A stretch of 64,000 nucleotides of DNA, taken from positions 2,905-66,904 of the forward strand of contig JAIXQE010000172.1 in the NCBI GenBank assembly GCA_027485815.1. Direction: 5' to 3'. This DNA is from Opitutaceae bacterium. Lineage in GTDB: Bacteria; Verrucomicrobiota; Verrucomicrobiia; Opitutales; Opitutaceae. A program made the position numbers and the translations under genes. Under the pieces are notes generated by a model. The model did no database searches and was not told the DNA's origin. It saw only the letters and a program-made list of their open reading frames with translations. How positions within the stretch are numbered: position 1 is the first letter of the stretch; each line of letters starts with the position of its first letter. Of the stretch, positions 7,897-20,445 are shown one piece after another.

Positions 7897-8856
7897 ATGC
7901 GGCCCCGTTTCCCGAGGTTTCCCCGCCGTGCGCTTCCCGCGCGGGTCTGGCGCTGGATTTTCGCGGCGAACCTGGCGGCGGCGTTGGTCGGCGGCGGCTG
8001 GTACCTGTTCCAACCCGCCGGCCGGCAAGCGGAGGTCGACCGGCTGGTCACGGCCGCGCTGGCGCGGGACAAGCGGGTGGGCTTCCTGGAGGTCGCGTGG
8101 GACGTCTGGGACCTGTACTACGCCGGCAGCGGCGCCGGCGCGGCGGCTCCCGGGGACAACCGGATCCTCTACGGGGGCCTGCCCCGGCCCCGGGATCCCG
8201 GGGAGGAACTGCGGGTGCTGGTGAACCAAGGGTACGTGGTGGGCTACAGCGACGCCCTCGGGCTGCCCCGCTGGGCCGCCTACCGGGTCGGGGATCTGCC
8301 GCGGATCCCGCCGGCGCCGCCGCGGCCGGACCGCTTCACCGTGGACCGCCGGACCGCCGCGCGCGTGGAGCCGCAGGTCTACACCGGCTCAGGCTACGAT
8401 CGCGGCCACCTCGCGCCGAACTTCGCCATCGCGACCCGCCACGGCGCGGCCGCCCAGCGGGAGACGTTCCTGATGTCGAACATCGCCCCGCAACGCCACG
8501 GCCTCAACGCCGGGCTGTGGCAGGACCTCGAGCAGCGGATCGCCACCAACTACCCCGCCCGCTACGGGGAGGTCTGGGTCCTCACCGGTCCCGTGCTGGG
8601 TCCGGATCCCGCGCGGCTGAAGGGACGGGTCGCGGTGCCCGCCGCCTTTTACCAGATCATCGTGGACGAGCAGGACGGCCGCCTGCGGACCCTGGCGTTC
8701 CTTGTGCCGCAGGAGGCTCCGGCCCGCGCCGACCCTGGCCGCTACCTGACCACCATCGCGGAGATCGAGGCGCGGACGGGCCTCGACTTCCTGCCCGCGC
8801 TCGAGGACGCGGCGGAGCGTGAGGTGGAACAACGCCGCGCCGGGCGGGTGTGGTGA
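7897..8856 (+). CDS. DNA/RNA non-specific endonuclease (Endonuclease_NS, beta-beta-alpha-Me), N-terminally membrane anchored
   Basis: The catalytic motif is SGYDRGHLAPN, followed by MSNIAPQRHGLN. ATG 7897 gives a basic N-terminus plus a TM segment, WRWIFAANLAAALVGGGWYLF. The 7789 extension is full of rare A/T-ending codons. Confidence 0.85.
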   Translation: MRPRFPRFPRRALPARVWRWIFAANLAAALVGGGWYLFQPAGRQAEVDRLVTAALARDKRVGFLEVAWDVWDLYYAGSGAGAAAPGDNRILYGGLPRPRDPGEELRVLVNQGYVVGYSDALGLPRWAAYRVGDLPRIPPAPPRPDRFTVDRRTAARVEPQVYTGSGYDRGHLAPNFAIATRHGAAAQRETFLMSNIAPQRHGLNAGLWQDLEQRIATNYPARYGEVWVLTGPVLGPDPARLKGRVAVPAAFYQIIVDEQDGRLRTLAFLVPQEAPARADPGRYLTTIAEIEARTGLDFLPALEDAAEREVEQRRAGRVW

Positions 8857-8877
8857 CCCGGGGCCGGCACGCCGGGC

Positions 8878-10234
<1,357 letters not shown>

Positions 10235-10245
<11 letters not shown>

Positions 10246-12367
10246 GGAGGGGAAGCAGGACCTGGAAGGTGGTACCGCGGCCGGGCGTGCTCGCCACAGT
10301 CAGCCGGCCACCGTGGGCCTCGACAATCATTTTGCTCTGAAACATCCCGATGCCGAGGCCCGTCTTCTTGGTCGTCTGGAACGGCCGGAAGAGCTGGCGG
10401 GCGAGGAACTCGGGGCTCATCCCGCACCCGGTGTCGGCCACCTCGAGGCCCACGTGCGGGCCTTGCGCGAAGGTGCGGAGCCGGATCTCCCCGTCGGCCG
10501 GGGTGGCCTCGATCGCGTTCAGGATCAGGTTCGTCACGACCTTCTGCAGCTGCTCCGCGTCCGCCGACGCGGCCGGCAGCACGGGCAGGTCGCGGGTGAA
10601 CGCCTGCGGGGCGTTCGCCGCCAGGGGCTCGGCGCAACGGGCGACCAAGGTCGCGAGGTCGGTGGGCGCCAGCTCGAGCTTGAGGTCGTGCCGGAGCTGG
10701 CCGAGCCGGCTGATCAGCCGGTTCATGTGCTCGACGGTCTTGCCCATCCCGCGCAGGGCATCCTCGCGGAAGGCCGGGTCGTTGAAGTGCCGCGGCAGGT
10801 TCTGCAACATCAGGTTCAGCGTGAACGCGGCGTTCTTCAGGTCGTGGACGAAGAACGTCGCCATCGCCTGGAAGGCCTCGAGCTCCTTCGACTGCACCAG
10901 CCGTTGCGCGAACTGGACGTTCAGGAGCCGCGTCGTCAGGTGGTCCGCGACGCAGCCGAGCATGTCCATGTCCTGCTCCGGAAAGGAGAGCCCGCCGATG
11001 CGATCGCCGATGACCATCACCCCGATCACCCGGCCCTGCCGCCCGAGGGGGGCGCAGATGCGGTGCCCGCCGCGGTCGGGGAACTCGCTGGGCTGCCAGC
11101 GCCGGATCGCCGCCGCCCATGGGGTCTGCGCCAGCTCGATGTCCACCGGCGCCGGATGGGCGCTGAAATGCGCCAGCACCAAGGCCACCTCGGCGGGTTC
11201 GGGGCGGGTGGCGGCGATCTTCTCGGGGCTGAGCGAGGTCGAGGCGGCGACCTCAAGGCGGTCGCCGTCCTCGCCCGCCAGCCAGATGGTGGCGGACAGG
11301 GCCTGGAAGACGTCGGCGGACAACTTGACCGTGTTGCGGCAGAGCGCGGTGGTGTCGGTCATCTCCGCGGTCCCCTCGGAGAACTTCCGCCAGACCGTCT
11401 GGTAATCGTAGAACGGGCGCTGGAAGTGGCGGCTGATCCAGCGGCGGAGGTGCAGCCGGATGCGGTCGGACTGGGCGAGCACCACCAGCAGCACCATCGC
11501 GACCAGCAGCACCAGGGCCTTCAGGGCGAAGGCGGAGGTGCCGCCGAAGAGCGTCGCCAGCTTGGCGATCAGGCCGACCAGCACGAGGTACCCGGCGGCC
11601 AGCAGGATGATGATCGAGCCCTGCAGGACGGACTGCGACGGGTAGACCTCGGCCTCGAACTTGGTGGTGCGCAGCAGGTGGCGGCCGATCACGGCGAGGG
11701 CCACGAGCATCGCGAGGGAACGCGTCGTCTCGAGGGAGGAGCCGAGCGCGCCGTAGAGCAGGGCCTGGCTCGCGGTGTAGAGTTGCGAGAGGAACAGGAT
11801 GCCCACGCCAAGCAGCATGAACTTGATCCGCCAGCGCTGGGTGCCCACCGCGGCGCGGTAGGTCCGCTCGAGGTTGGCGAGGATCAGAATGCTGAGCGGG
11901 AGGATCAGCGTGTAGAGGAACTTGGCCGGGCCCGAGAGCACGAGCACCCAGCGTTCCTCCGGCGCGGAATGCACCTGGAACAGCTGGCCGAACTCGGCGA
12001 CCGCGATCGCGCCCGGCACCACCAGCGCGGCGGGCCACAGCCAGCGCCAGCTGCGGAGGAAGCCCGGGGCGTTGAGCCGCGCATAGGTGAGGCTGAAGAC
12101 CAGCCATACGCCCGGGGCGACGGAGACGATCGTCAGCCGCCACTGCTGCCAGCGCTCCACCGCGCCGCCCGTATCCGCCAGCAGACTCAGCCCGGCGAAG
12201 AAGCGGTCGAGCGCCAGCAGGTAGATGCCCGCGACGAAGCTCCAGTCGGCCACGTTGCGGCGGGCGCGCAGGCCGGCGACCAGGCCGACGCCGGTCGCGA
12301 CCAGCGCGGCGGCGAAGCAGAGGGTGGATTCGTCAAACAGGCGGAACACGGATCGCGGGAGAATCAC
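10235..12367 (-). CDS. prsK: PEP-CTERM system sensor histidine kinase (multi-TM N-terminus, GAF-like, HisKA, HATPase)
   Basis: The N-terminal half of about 300 aa is hydrophobic. The H-box is FFVHDLKNAAFTLNLMLQNL, with N/G boxes (NLILNAIEAT, DTGCGM, GLGIGM). It overlaps prsR by 11 nt. The annotated start is GTG, so the start is uncertain. Confidence 0.85.
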
Positions 12368-12633
12368 GGGCCGGCGGCCGGAAGGCGAGGCTGCAGCCAG
12401 TGCGGGTAACTACGCTCCGGCCGGAGCAATCACCGCGCGCACGCATCCTCCAACGGGCGCCTCCCTCCGCCGCGCCGGCCGACCTCCAATCCCCGCGGCG
12501 CGACCGCGGGTGCGGTTCTTCGCCGCCGCTCCACCGGACGCCGCCGGCCGCAAGGTCCGCGCGTGCTCTGCCTGACGGCGGCAAATCCCGCCCCGGCTCC
12601 CAAGCGCGGGCGGGCCGCGTTCAACCGGGCGGC

Positions 12634-14031
12634 TCAGCCCAGTTCCCAGCCGGGGCGGTAGGTGCCGCGGACGATCGGATCCGCCTCGGGGCGACCCGGG
12701 ACCTTGAGGTTGGCCGCGTCCCACTGGATCGGCTTCTTCAGCCGGAGGGCGAGATTCCCGAGGTGCCCCAGTTCCGCGAGGTGGGCGCCGTAGGCGAACG
12801 CGCTGCTCGCCGGGGCGCCGCCCTTGCAGGCGTTGATCCAGTCGCGGTGGTGGCCCTGCGAACGCACCAGCGTCGCGGCCGGCTTCGGCGCGGACCGCAG
12901 GCTCTCCGGAAAGAGGCGGGGCGCACCACCGGCGCCATCGCATTGGATCACGCCTTTTTCGCCGACGAACAGCACCCCGCGACCCGGCAGCGGAAAGCCG
13001 CCCAGCGCGGCCGGCGCGACCGGACGCAACCCGCCATCGTACCAGGTCACGCGCACGGGCGGCTGGTTGCCGCGGGCCGGGAAATCGTAGGTCACCAAGG
13101 CCCCGTGCGGGGCGATCTCCTGATCCATCGGCCCGGCGGCGTGCGCCTCAACGCGGGTCGGGAGCGGCAGATCGAGCGCCCAGGTGGCGGCGTCGAGGTC
13201 GTGGCTGGCGAAGTCGCCGATGCTGGAGCCCCCGAAGTCCCAGAAGTCGCGCCACGCGACCGGGTGGTAGGCGGGGTGGTAACCGCGGGGCGAGCGAGGG
13301 CCGAGCCAGAGGTCCCAATTCAACCCCTCCGGCACGGCCGGGGAGCCTTCGGGTCGGGTGGTGAGGGCGGGATTCCAACGCTTCGTGCCGACCCAGGCGT
13401 GCACTTCGCGGACCGGACCGATCACCCCGGCCTGGATGGCCTCGACCGTCTCGCGGATCCCGACCGTCGAGTGCCCCTGGTTGCCGGTCTGCGTCGCGAG
13501 GCCCGTCTCGCGGGCGACGCGGGCGACCTCGCGGGCCTCGTGGATGTTATGCGTCAGAGGCTTCTCGCAGTAGACGTGCTTCCCGGCGCGCAGGGCCCGC
13601 AACGACACGACCGCGTGCAGGTGATCGGGCGTGGCGCAGAGCACCGCGTCGACCGCGCGTTCCTTTTCCAGCAGCACGCGGAAATCCTCGTAGGCGGCGC
13701 AGCGGAAGTTGGGGGTCTTGGCGGCGTAATGCTTCTCCACCGCCGCCTGGGCCGGCTCCCGCCCGCCCGTACCCTTGTAGTAAAATGCCTCCAAGCTGAA
13801 CGTCCGCGCCGGGTCCGCCACGGCGATCACCTGCACGTCGGCCAGGGCCAGCAACTCGCGCAGATTCTGGAGCCCGCGCCCCCCGACCCCGACCACCGCG
13901 ACGTTCACCTTCTCGCTGGGCGGGACGAACTTGGGCCCGCCGAGCAGCGCGCGGGGGAGGATCTGCACCGTGGCGGCGGCGGCCACGGAGGTGCGGAGGA
14001 AACGACGGCGGGTGGAGGGCGTGACCTTCAT
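12634..14031 (-). CDS. Gfo/Idh/MocA family oxidoreductase with twin-arginine signal
   Basis: TAT motif STRRRFLRTSVAAAA. Rossmann start VNVAVVGVGGRGLQNL. EKP motif in VYCEKPLTHN. Confidence 0.85.
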   Translation of the reverse strand: MKVTPSTRRRFLRTSVAAAATVQILPRALLGGPKFVPPSEKVNVAVVGVGGRGLQNLRELLALADVQVIAVADPARTFSLEAFYYKGTGGREPAQAAVEKHYAAKTPNFRCAAYEDFRVLLEKERAVDAVLCATPDHLHAVVSLRALRAGKHVYCEKPLTHNIHEAREVARVARETGLATQTGNQGHSTVGIRETVEAIQAGVIGPVREVHAWVGTKRWNPALTTRPEGSPAVPEGLNWDLWLGPRSPRGYHPAYHPVAWRDFWDFGGSSIGDFASHDLDAATWALDLPLPTRVEAHAAGPMDQEIAPHGALVTYDFPARGNQPPVRVTWYDGGLRPVAPAALGGFPLPGRGVLFVGEKGVIQCDGAGGAPRLFPESLRSAPKPAATLVRSQGHHRDWINACKGGAPASSAFAYGAHLAELGHLGNLALRLKKPIQWDAANLKVPGRPEADPIVRGTYRPGWELG

Positions 14032-14038
14032 CGGAATG

Positions 14039-15418
14039 TCAGCGGCGGCTGAGGCAGTAGAGGTGCGTCGCCGTGCGGATGAAGATCTCCCCGTCCGCGA
14101 TCGCCGGCGTCGTCAAGGTATAGCTTCCATCCAGGGCATTCTTCGCGATCAGCCGGTACTGCGGGCCGACCGCCACGACGGCGGTTTCGGCCGATTCGCT
14201 CGTGATGTAGAGCTTCCCGTCGGCCAGCGTGGGCGAGCCGCTGGTGCGACCGATCCCGGTGTTTTCCGGCCCGTACACCTTCTCGCCCGTCTTGGCGCGC
14301 ACGCAGGTGACAGCCCCCTGGTCATCAACCATGTAGAGATACTCTCCGTCGGCCACCGGAGTGGGGACGTCGGGCGAGCCGCGCTCGGTCCACTTCCACG
14401 CGAGGTGGCTGGTGGTGATGTCACCCGTGCCGCCGGCGCGGAAGGCAAGGAATGGCTTTACGCGGGTGGGCACGAAGATCATCCCCTGATGCACCAGCGG
14501 CGACGCGATGGTGCGGTAGTTCTTCGAATTATCCGGATTCAGGCCACCGCCGCGCCAGAGTTCGCGGCCGGTGGCGGGATCATGGCCGGTGACGTAGCCG
14601 CCGCCGCCCACGACCACCTCACGGCGGCCGTTGAGCTCGAGCAGGGCGGGGGTGGTGTAGGCGTCAGGGGTCTCGTGTTCAGCGTCAGTGGGACGGTCGA
14701 CGCGCCAGAGTACCTTGCCGTCGGTACCGCGCAGGGCGAACAGGTACGAGGGGTCGTCGGTGTAGAGTCCCTGGAGGTTTTGGAAGATCAGGGCGTCGCC
14801 GACGAGGAGGGGGGAGGAGCCGTAGCCGAACTGGACCCCGAGTTTCCCGAACGCCTTCTCCATGTTGAAGTTCCACTTCAGGTTGCCCGCGAAGTCGTAG
14901 CACGCGATGGCGCCGTTGCCGGAGGCGACCCAGACGAGCTTCCCGTCGGTCACCGGGGAGGGCGACGACATGTTGTGCTTCATCTTGATGCTATTGCCCT
15001 GATCGTACTGACGGCGCCAGAGCTCGCGGCCGGTGGCGCGGTCGAGGCAGAGGAGCAGGATTTCCTGGCCGCCGGGTCCGCGGCCGCCGGCGGGGCTGGG
15101 GCGGGCCTTCTTGCCGGGCGCGGGGGGCGGGGGCGGCGGCGTGCTGCCGGGCACTTCCACGGAAGGCGTGTTGAGAAAGATGCGGTCGCCCCAGACCGTC
15201 GGCGTGGAGCCGCTCCACGCCGGCATCTCCTGCTTCCACTTCACGTTCTCGGTGGGAGACCAGGTTTCGGGGAGGTTGCGGGCGGCAGGGGCGGTGCCGT
15301 CGCCGCGGGGGCCGCGCCAGCCCGGCCAGTCACCGGCGATGGCCGGGGCGAGCAGGAAGGCGCCGAGCAGGAGCGACGCGGGACGGAAGCGAGGGGCCAG
15401 GGCGGGGGAGGAGCGCAT
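14039..15418 (-). CDS. PQQ-like beta-propeller repeat protein (BamB-like fold), secreted
   Basis: ATG 15418 gives MRSSPALAPRFRPASLLLGAFLLAPAIAGDWPGWRGPRGDG, a typical N-terminus for this family. Repeated W/G propeller motifs follow. There are 7 nt to the downstream oxidoreductase, so an operon is likely. The upstream 183 codons of the track ORF were rejected. Confidence 0.8.
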   Translation of the reverse strand: MRSSPALAPRFRPASLLLGAFLLAPAIAGDWPGWRGPRGDGTAPAARNLPETWSPTENVKWKQEMPAWSGSTPTVWGDRIFLNTPSVEVPGSTPPPPPPAPGKKARPSPAGGRGPGGQEILLLCLDRATGRELWRRQYDQGNSIKMKHNMSSPSPVTDGKLVWVASGNGAIACYDFAGNLKWNFNMEKAFGKLGVQFGYGSSPLLVGDALIFQNLQGLYTDDPSYLFALRGTDGKVLWRVDRPTDAEHETPDAYTTPALLELNGRREVVVGGGGYVTGHDPATGRELWRGGGLNPDNSKNYRTIASPLVHQGMIFVPTRVKPFLAFRAGGTGDITTSHLAWKWTERGSPDVPTPVADGEYLYMVDDQGAVTCVRAKTGEKVYGPENTGIGRTSGSPTLADGKLYITSESAETAVVAVGPQYRLIAKNALDGSYTLTTPAIADGEIFIRTATHLYCLSRR

Positions 15419-15635
15419 CGAGGGTGAGGCGACCCCGGCACGGGGCGTGCCGGCGGCGGCCACAACTACTGGAGGCCACCGGCCCGGCGTTGTCGAGCGC
15501 GCCGCGGGGACGTTCGGCAAAAGTTTGTGAAATCCGCCCCGCACGCGCGGCGAAGGCTCGCGTTTCGCCCTGCGCACGTTTGCCTCCAGCTCAGCCCGGA
15601 AGCGGAATCCCTCCGCCGTTCCCCGCCTCTCCCCG

Positions 15636-18600
15636 ATGATGCGAAGCCTGCCCGCCTCCGTTCGTTCGCTCCTCCTGCTCGCCGCCGGCACCGCCGCCGT
15701 CCTCCCGCCCAGCCTGCGGGCCGCCGAATTCGACCAGCGGATGGCCAACTTCTCGACCCGCACCCAGGTCGGCACCGGGGCCAACGCCGCCTTCATCGGC
15801 TTCGCCGTCGGCCCTGGCCAGACCAAGACGGTCCTGATCCGCGCCGTCGGCCCCGCGCTGACCGGCTTCGGCGTGGCGGGTGCGCTTCCGGACCCGGTGA
15901 TCGAGCTCTTTTCCTCCGCCAACCCGAACACGGCCCTCGCCCGCAACGACAACTGGACCACCACCACCGTCGGCGGGGCGAACGCCTTCGCCAGCGTCGG
16001 CGCCTTCGCGCTGACCGCGGGCAGCCGCGACGCCGCGATGGTCGCGACCCTCGGTCCCGGCGCCTACTCGGCCATCGTGAGCGACGTCGCGGGCCGCTCC
16101 GGCATCGCCCTGGTGGAGGTCTACGACGTCTCCGGCCGCGCCCGGCTGACCAACCTTTCCACGCGGGCCCAGGTGGGCACCGGCGACGGCGTGCTCATCT
16201 CCGGCCTCGCGGTGGCGCCCGGCGGCGGCTCCCGGCGGATCCTCGCCCGCGCCGCCGGACCGGCCCTCACCCCGCTCGGGGTCGCCGGCGCCCTCGCCAA
16301 CCCCGCGCTCAGCGTCATTGAGTCGGGCACCAACCGCGTCCTCGCTGCCAACGACGATTGGGGCACGGGCAACGCGGCCGCCCTCACCGCGGCCTTCCGT
16401 GAGGCCGGCGCCTTCCCCTTCGCCAACGGCTCCCGCGACGCGGCCCTGCTCGTCGACCTGCCCCCCGGCAAGAGCTACTCCGTGCAGGTGAACGGCGTCG
16501 GCGGGACCACCGGCGTCGCCCTCGTCGAGGTGTACGACCTGACGCCCGAATCCGGCGGCGTGTTCTCGGTCGTGGCGGCCACCGCGTCCACCGACAACCG
16601 GGGCGCGCCCCCCGCAACCTTCCGCATCTCCCGCACCGGCAGCACCAGCCAGGCGGTGACGGTGAGCTTTTCTCTCAGCGGCTCGGCCGTGGCGGGCTCC
16701 GACTACACCGCGGTGCCGACCAGCGTGACCATTCCCGCGGGCGCGGAGTTCGCGACGGTCAGCATCGCCGCGGCCCCGGCGGCGGCGGGCGCCACGGTGA
16801 GCAAGGACCTGACCCTGACCCTCGTCGCCGGCAACGACTACGAGCTGGCGGCGGACCGCAGCGCGGTCGTCTCGCTGTTCTTCAACCAGCCCACCCTGTT
16901 CCGTACGACGCTGCGCACCACGACGGCCGCGGCGGGCTCCACCGCCTCCGGCGTGGCCAGCATCCAGCTCAGCGCGGATGAGAACGTGGCCCTCGTGAGC
17001 GCGAACTTCTCCGGCCTGAGCGCGCCGCAGACCCTGGCCTACGTGCGCCTTGGCAATCCGGGCGAGGTCGGCGTGGACCTCGTGAAGCTGCCCCTTGGCC
17101 AGGTCGCGGGCTTCACCTGGGTGGTCGACGCGGCGGAGGGCTTCACCAAGGCCCAGATTGTGCAGGCCCTGAAGGAGGGCCGCGTGTTCGTGAGCATCGA
17201 TTCCAGCGCCTTTCCCGGCGGTGAGCTCCGCGGGGCGTTCCTCCAGTCGAGCAGCCGGCTCGTGTTCGCGGCGCCCGCGGCCCCGCCGGCTTTGGCGGAC
17301 ACCGTCCTGACCGACAACGACGCCGCCCGCTTCCTCATCCAGGCGACCTTCGGTCCCACCCTCGCGGAGATTCAGGCCCTCGCCGGCCAGCAGCGTGCGG
17401 GCCTCGACGCGTGGCTCACCCAGCAGATGGGCGTGGCGCCGTCGCTGCACCTCGACGCGACGGACGCGGATTTTCGGGAGTTCACGGCGCTGGGCGAAAT
17501 GCCGCAGTACTCACAGCAGAACCGGCAGGCGGCCTGGTGGCGGCTGGCGCTGACCGCGCCGGACCAGCTCCGGCAGCGCGTGGCGTTCGCGCTGAGCCAG
17601 ATCTTCGTGGTGTCGGACGTGAACGGCACCCTGTTCAACAATCCGCGGGCGCTGGCCAACTACTACGACCTGATGGTGCGGGGCGCCTTCGGCAACGCGC
17701 GGCAGCTGCTGGAACAGGTCACCCTCAGCCCGGTGATGGGCGTCTACCTGAGCTCCCTGCGCAACGCCAAGGCGACCTTCGACGCGACCGGCCGCCAGCT
17801 GACGGCGCCCGACGAGAACTACGCGCGCGAGATCATGCAGCTGTTCAGCGTGGGCCTGGTCGAGCTCCAGCCGGACGGCACGGCGAAGGTGGATATCAAC
17901 GGCGCGGCTATCCCCACGTACGACAACCGTACCATCTCCGAGATGGCGAAGGTCTTCACCGGCCTAGGCTTCGCGACCAACGCGAGCGTGCCCAACTTCC
18001 GCGGCGCGCCGGTGAACTACCTCCAGCCGATGCAGTTCTACGCCGACTTCCACGAGCCGGGGGAGAAGCAGATCATCGCCGGCCGACGCCTCCCGGCGGG
18101 CCAGAGCCCGGAGCGGGACCTGAAGGACACCCTCGACACCCTGTTCAACCATCCGAACACGGGCCCGTTCCTCTCGCGCCAGCTGATCCAGCGGCTCGTC
18201 ACCTCCAACCCGAGCCCGGGTTACGTCTACCGGGTGGCGCAGGTCTTCGCCGACAATGGCGCGGGCGTGCGCGGTGACCTCGGCGCGGTGGTGCGGGCGA
18301 TCCTCCTCGATTACGAGGCGCGCTCGGCAGCCGTCGCGACCACCGCGAGCTTCGGCAAGCTGAAGGAGCCGCTGCTGCGGGCGACCGCGGTGCTGCGCGC
18401 CTTCAGCGGCGGGGCCAACAACGGCCGCTTCTTCATCCCGAACCCCGAGGCCACCCTCTCCCAGGCCTCCCTGCGGGCACCGACCGTGTTCAACTTCTTC
18501 GAGCCCGACTTCGTGCAGCCCGGCCCGCTCGCGGCCGCCGGACTGGTCGCCCCGGAGTACCAGATCGTCAACGACACCACGGCCATCAGCGTCCCGAACC

Positions 18601-18920
18601 AGCTCTGGAACTACATCTACGCCGGACGCACGGGCATCCCCGGCAGCACCTCGGTGTTCAACCCCGCCGAGGCCACGGTCGGCATCCGCGCGGACGCCAC
18701 CCTGCTCACCCTCTCGCGCTCGCCGCGGGACCTGGTCGCGCGGGTCAACCTCCTCCTCGCCGGTGGCGCCGTGCCGCGGGCGCTGCAGGACCGGTTCGTC
18801 GACGCCCTGGTCGCGATGCCCGCCAACACCGGCACGACCTACGGCACCGCCGACCTCGAGCGGGTCCGGTCCGCCATCTACCTGATCTCCACCGTCCCCC
18901 AGGGCGCCATCCAGAAATAG
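15636..18920 (+). CDS. DUF1800 family protein with a ~550-aa N-terminal extension (two ~130-aa repeats, Calx-beta-like, CHRD-like)
   Basis: C-terminal half: FLIQATFGPT, WWRLALTAPDQLRQRVAFALSQIFVVS, ENYAREIMQLFSVGL (DUF1800 hallmarks). N-terminal part: duplicated N[FL]STR.QVGTG...RA.GPAL...NDNW/NDDW...ALVEVYD units. SGSAVAGSDYTAVPTSVTIPAGAEFATVSI is Calx-beta-like. LSADENVALVSANFSGLSAP...GELRGAF is CHRD-like. Confidence 0.85.
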   Translation: MMRSLPASVRSLLLLAAGTAAVLPPSLRAAEFDQRMANFSTRTQVGTGANAAFIGFAVGPGQTKTVLIRAVGPALTGFGVAGALPDPVIELFSSANPNTALARNDNWTTTTVGGANAFASVGAFALTAGSRDAAMVATLGPGAYSAIVSDVAGRSGIALVEVYDVSGRARLTNLSTRAQVGTGDGVLISGLAVAPGGGSRRILARAAGPALTPLGVAGALANPALSVIESGTNRVLAANDDWGTGNAAALTAAFREAGAFPFANGSRDAALLVDLPPGKSYSVQVNGVGGTTGVALVEVYDLTPESGGVFSVVAATASTDNRGAPPATFRISRTGSTSQAVTVSFSLSGSAVAGSDYTAVPTSVTIPAGAEFATVSIAAAPAAAGATVSKDLTLTLVAGNDYELAADRSAVVSLFFNQPTLFRTTLRTTTAAAGSTASGVASIQLSADENVALVSANFSGLSAPQTLAYVRLGNPGEVGVDLVKLPLGQVAGFTWVVDAAEGFTKAQIVQALKEGRVFVSIDSSAFPGGELRGAFLQSSSRLVFAAPAAPPALADTVLTDNDAARFLIQATFGPTLAEIQALAGQQRAGLDAWLTQQMGVAPSLHLDATDADFREFTALGEMPQYSQQNRQAAWWRLALTAPDQLRQRVAFALSQIFVVSDVNGTLFNNPRALANYYDLMVRGAFGNARQLLEQVTLSPVMGVYLSSLRNAKATFDATGRQLTAPDENYAREIMQLFSVGLVELQPDGTAKVDINGAAIPTYDNRTISEMAKVFTGLGFATNASVPNFRGAPVNYLQPMQFYADFHEPGEKQIIAGRRLPAGQSPERDLKDTLDTLFNHPNTGPFLSRQLIQRLVTSNPSPGYVYRVAQVFADNGAGVRGDLGAVVRAILLDYEARSAAVATTASFGKLKEPLLRATAVLRAFSGGANNGRFFIPNPEATLSQASLRAPTVFNFFEPDFVQPGPLAAAGLVAPEYQIVNDTTAISVPNQLWNYIYAGRTGIPGSTSVFNPAEATVGIRADATLLTLSRSPRDLVARVNLLLAGGAVPRALQDRFVDALVAMPANTGTTYGTADLERVRSAIYLISTVPQGAIQK

Positions 18921-18926
18921 CCCCCG

Positions 18927-20378
18927 ATGAACTCCAAGACCCACGACCTCTCCCGCCGCCGCTTCGTCGGCGCCTGCTGCGCCTCCGTCGGCACCACCGG
19001 GCTGCTCTCCTCGCTCGCCCAGCTGCGCCTGATGGGCGCCGCCGCCAGCCCGGATGCCCCCGCCACCCCGGCCCGCGCCGGCGCGCCCGCCCCCGACTTC
19101 AAGGCGCTGGTGTGCCTCTTCTTCGCCGGCGGCAACGACGCGAACAACCTCGTGGTCCCGGCCGACAGCGCCGGCTACGCAGCCTACGCCTCGGCCCGCG
19201 GCGCCCTTGCCCTGCCCCAGTCCTCCCTCCTCCCCATCGCGACCCCGGGCGGCGACGGCCGCGGCTGGGCCCTCCACCCGGCGATGACCGAGCTGAAGGC
19301 CCTCTACGACGGCGGGCGCCTCGCCGTCCTCGCCAACGTCGGCACCCTCGCCCATCCCCTCACCAAGGCCCTCTACACCTCCCGGCCCGACCTCCGGCCG
19401 CGCCAGCTCTTCTCCCATAACGACCAGCAGGTCGAATGGCAGACCAGCATCGCCGACCGGCCGTTCTCCGAGGTTGCGACCGGCTGGGGCGGCCGCGTGG
19501 CCGACCTGGTCGACGCCTTCAACGCCAACAACCGCATCTCGATGTCGATGACCCTCGCCGGTCAGAACACGCTGCAGATCGGTCGCACGGTCCAGCAGTA
19601 CGCCGTCGGCACCGGCGGCTCGGTCGCCCTCACCGGCAGCACCGGCACCCCGACCTCCGTGAACGGTGTCCGCACCTCCGCCCTCAACGACGCCCTCGCG
19701 GTCCAGAACGCCAACCTGCTCGAGACCGCCTTCGGCGGCCTCACCAGCCGCGCCCTCGGCACCAGTTCGCTGCTCTCGTCGGTCATCACCGGCAACAGCC
19801 CCTTCGCCGCCGCCTTCAACGGGGTGAACTCCAGCCTCGGCCAGCAGCTCCACATGGTGGCCCGCCTGGTCAACGCCCAGGGCGAGCTGAACCTCAAGCG
19901 CCAGATCTTCTTCGTCCGCATCGGCGGCTTCGACCTGCACGACAACCAGGTCGTCCTCGGCAACACCGCCAACGGCGCCCACAGCAACATCCTGCGGGAC
20001 ATCAGCCGCTCGCTCGCCGCCTTCAACCAGGCGATGAACCAGATCAGCGCGCAGAACCAGGTGACGGTCTTCACCTCCTCCGACTTCGGCCGCACGTTCA
20101 ACACCAACGGCGACGGCTCCGACCACGGCTGGGGCAGCCACCACCTGGTGCTCGGCGGCGCGGTCCGCGGCGGCGCGATGTACGGCCAGATGCCGGTGCA
20201 GGTGCTCGGCGGCCCCGACGACAGCGGCGGCCGCGGCACCTGGATCCCGACCACGAGCGTGGACGAGTATGCCGCGACGCTCGCGCGCTGGTTCGGCGTG
20301 AGCGCCACCAACCTCCCCACGATCTTCCCGAACCTCGGCCGCTTCGCCCGCCCCGACCTCGGCTTCATGGCCGCCTGA
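18927..20378 (+). CDS. DUF1501 domain protein (sulfatase-like fold) with TAT signal
   Basis: [29 protein letters not shown] and [26 protein letters not shown]. It starts 6 nt after the DUF1800 gene, which is the usual pairing. Confidence 0.9.
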   Translation: MNSKTHDLSRRRFVGACCASVGTTGLLSSLAQLRLMGAAASPDAPATPARAGAPAPDFKALVCLFFAGGNDANNLVVPADSAGYAAYASARGALALPQSSLLPIATPGGDGRGWALHPAMTELKALYDGGRLAVLANVGTLAHPLTKALYTSRPDLRPRQLFSHNDQQVEWQTSIADRPFSEVATGWGGRVADLVDAFNANNRISMSMTLAGQNTLQIGRTVQQYAVGTGGSVALTGSTGTPTSVNGVRTSALNDALAVQNANLLETAFGGLTSRALGTSSLLSSVITGNSPFAAAFNGVNSSLGQQLHMVARLVNAQGELNLKRQIFFVRIGGFDLHDNQVVLGNTANGAHSNILRDISRSLAAFNQAMNQISAQNQVTVFTSSDFGRTFNTNGDGSDHGWGSHHLVLGGAVRGGAMYGQMPVQVLGGPDDSGGRGTWIPTTSVDEYAATLARWFGVSATNLPTIFPNLGRFARPDLGFMAA

Positions 20379-20445
20379 GCCGCGGCGCCCGCCGCCGCCC
20401 AAAACCCGCTCGCCAACCTCCGGCGGGCGAGGCTTCCTTGCGCCG

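Noticed and set aside
7897-8856. The nuclease as part of a defence or restriction system.
   Set aside because: It belongs to the Endonuclease_NS family with a membrane anchor and no adjacent methylase, inhibitor or ATPase. It is most simply an extracytoplasmic nutrient-scavenging nuclease.
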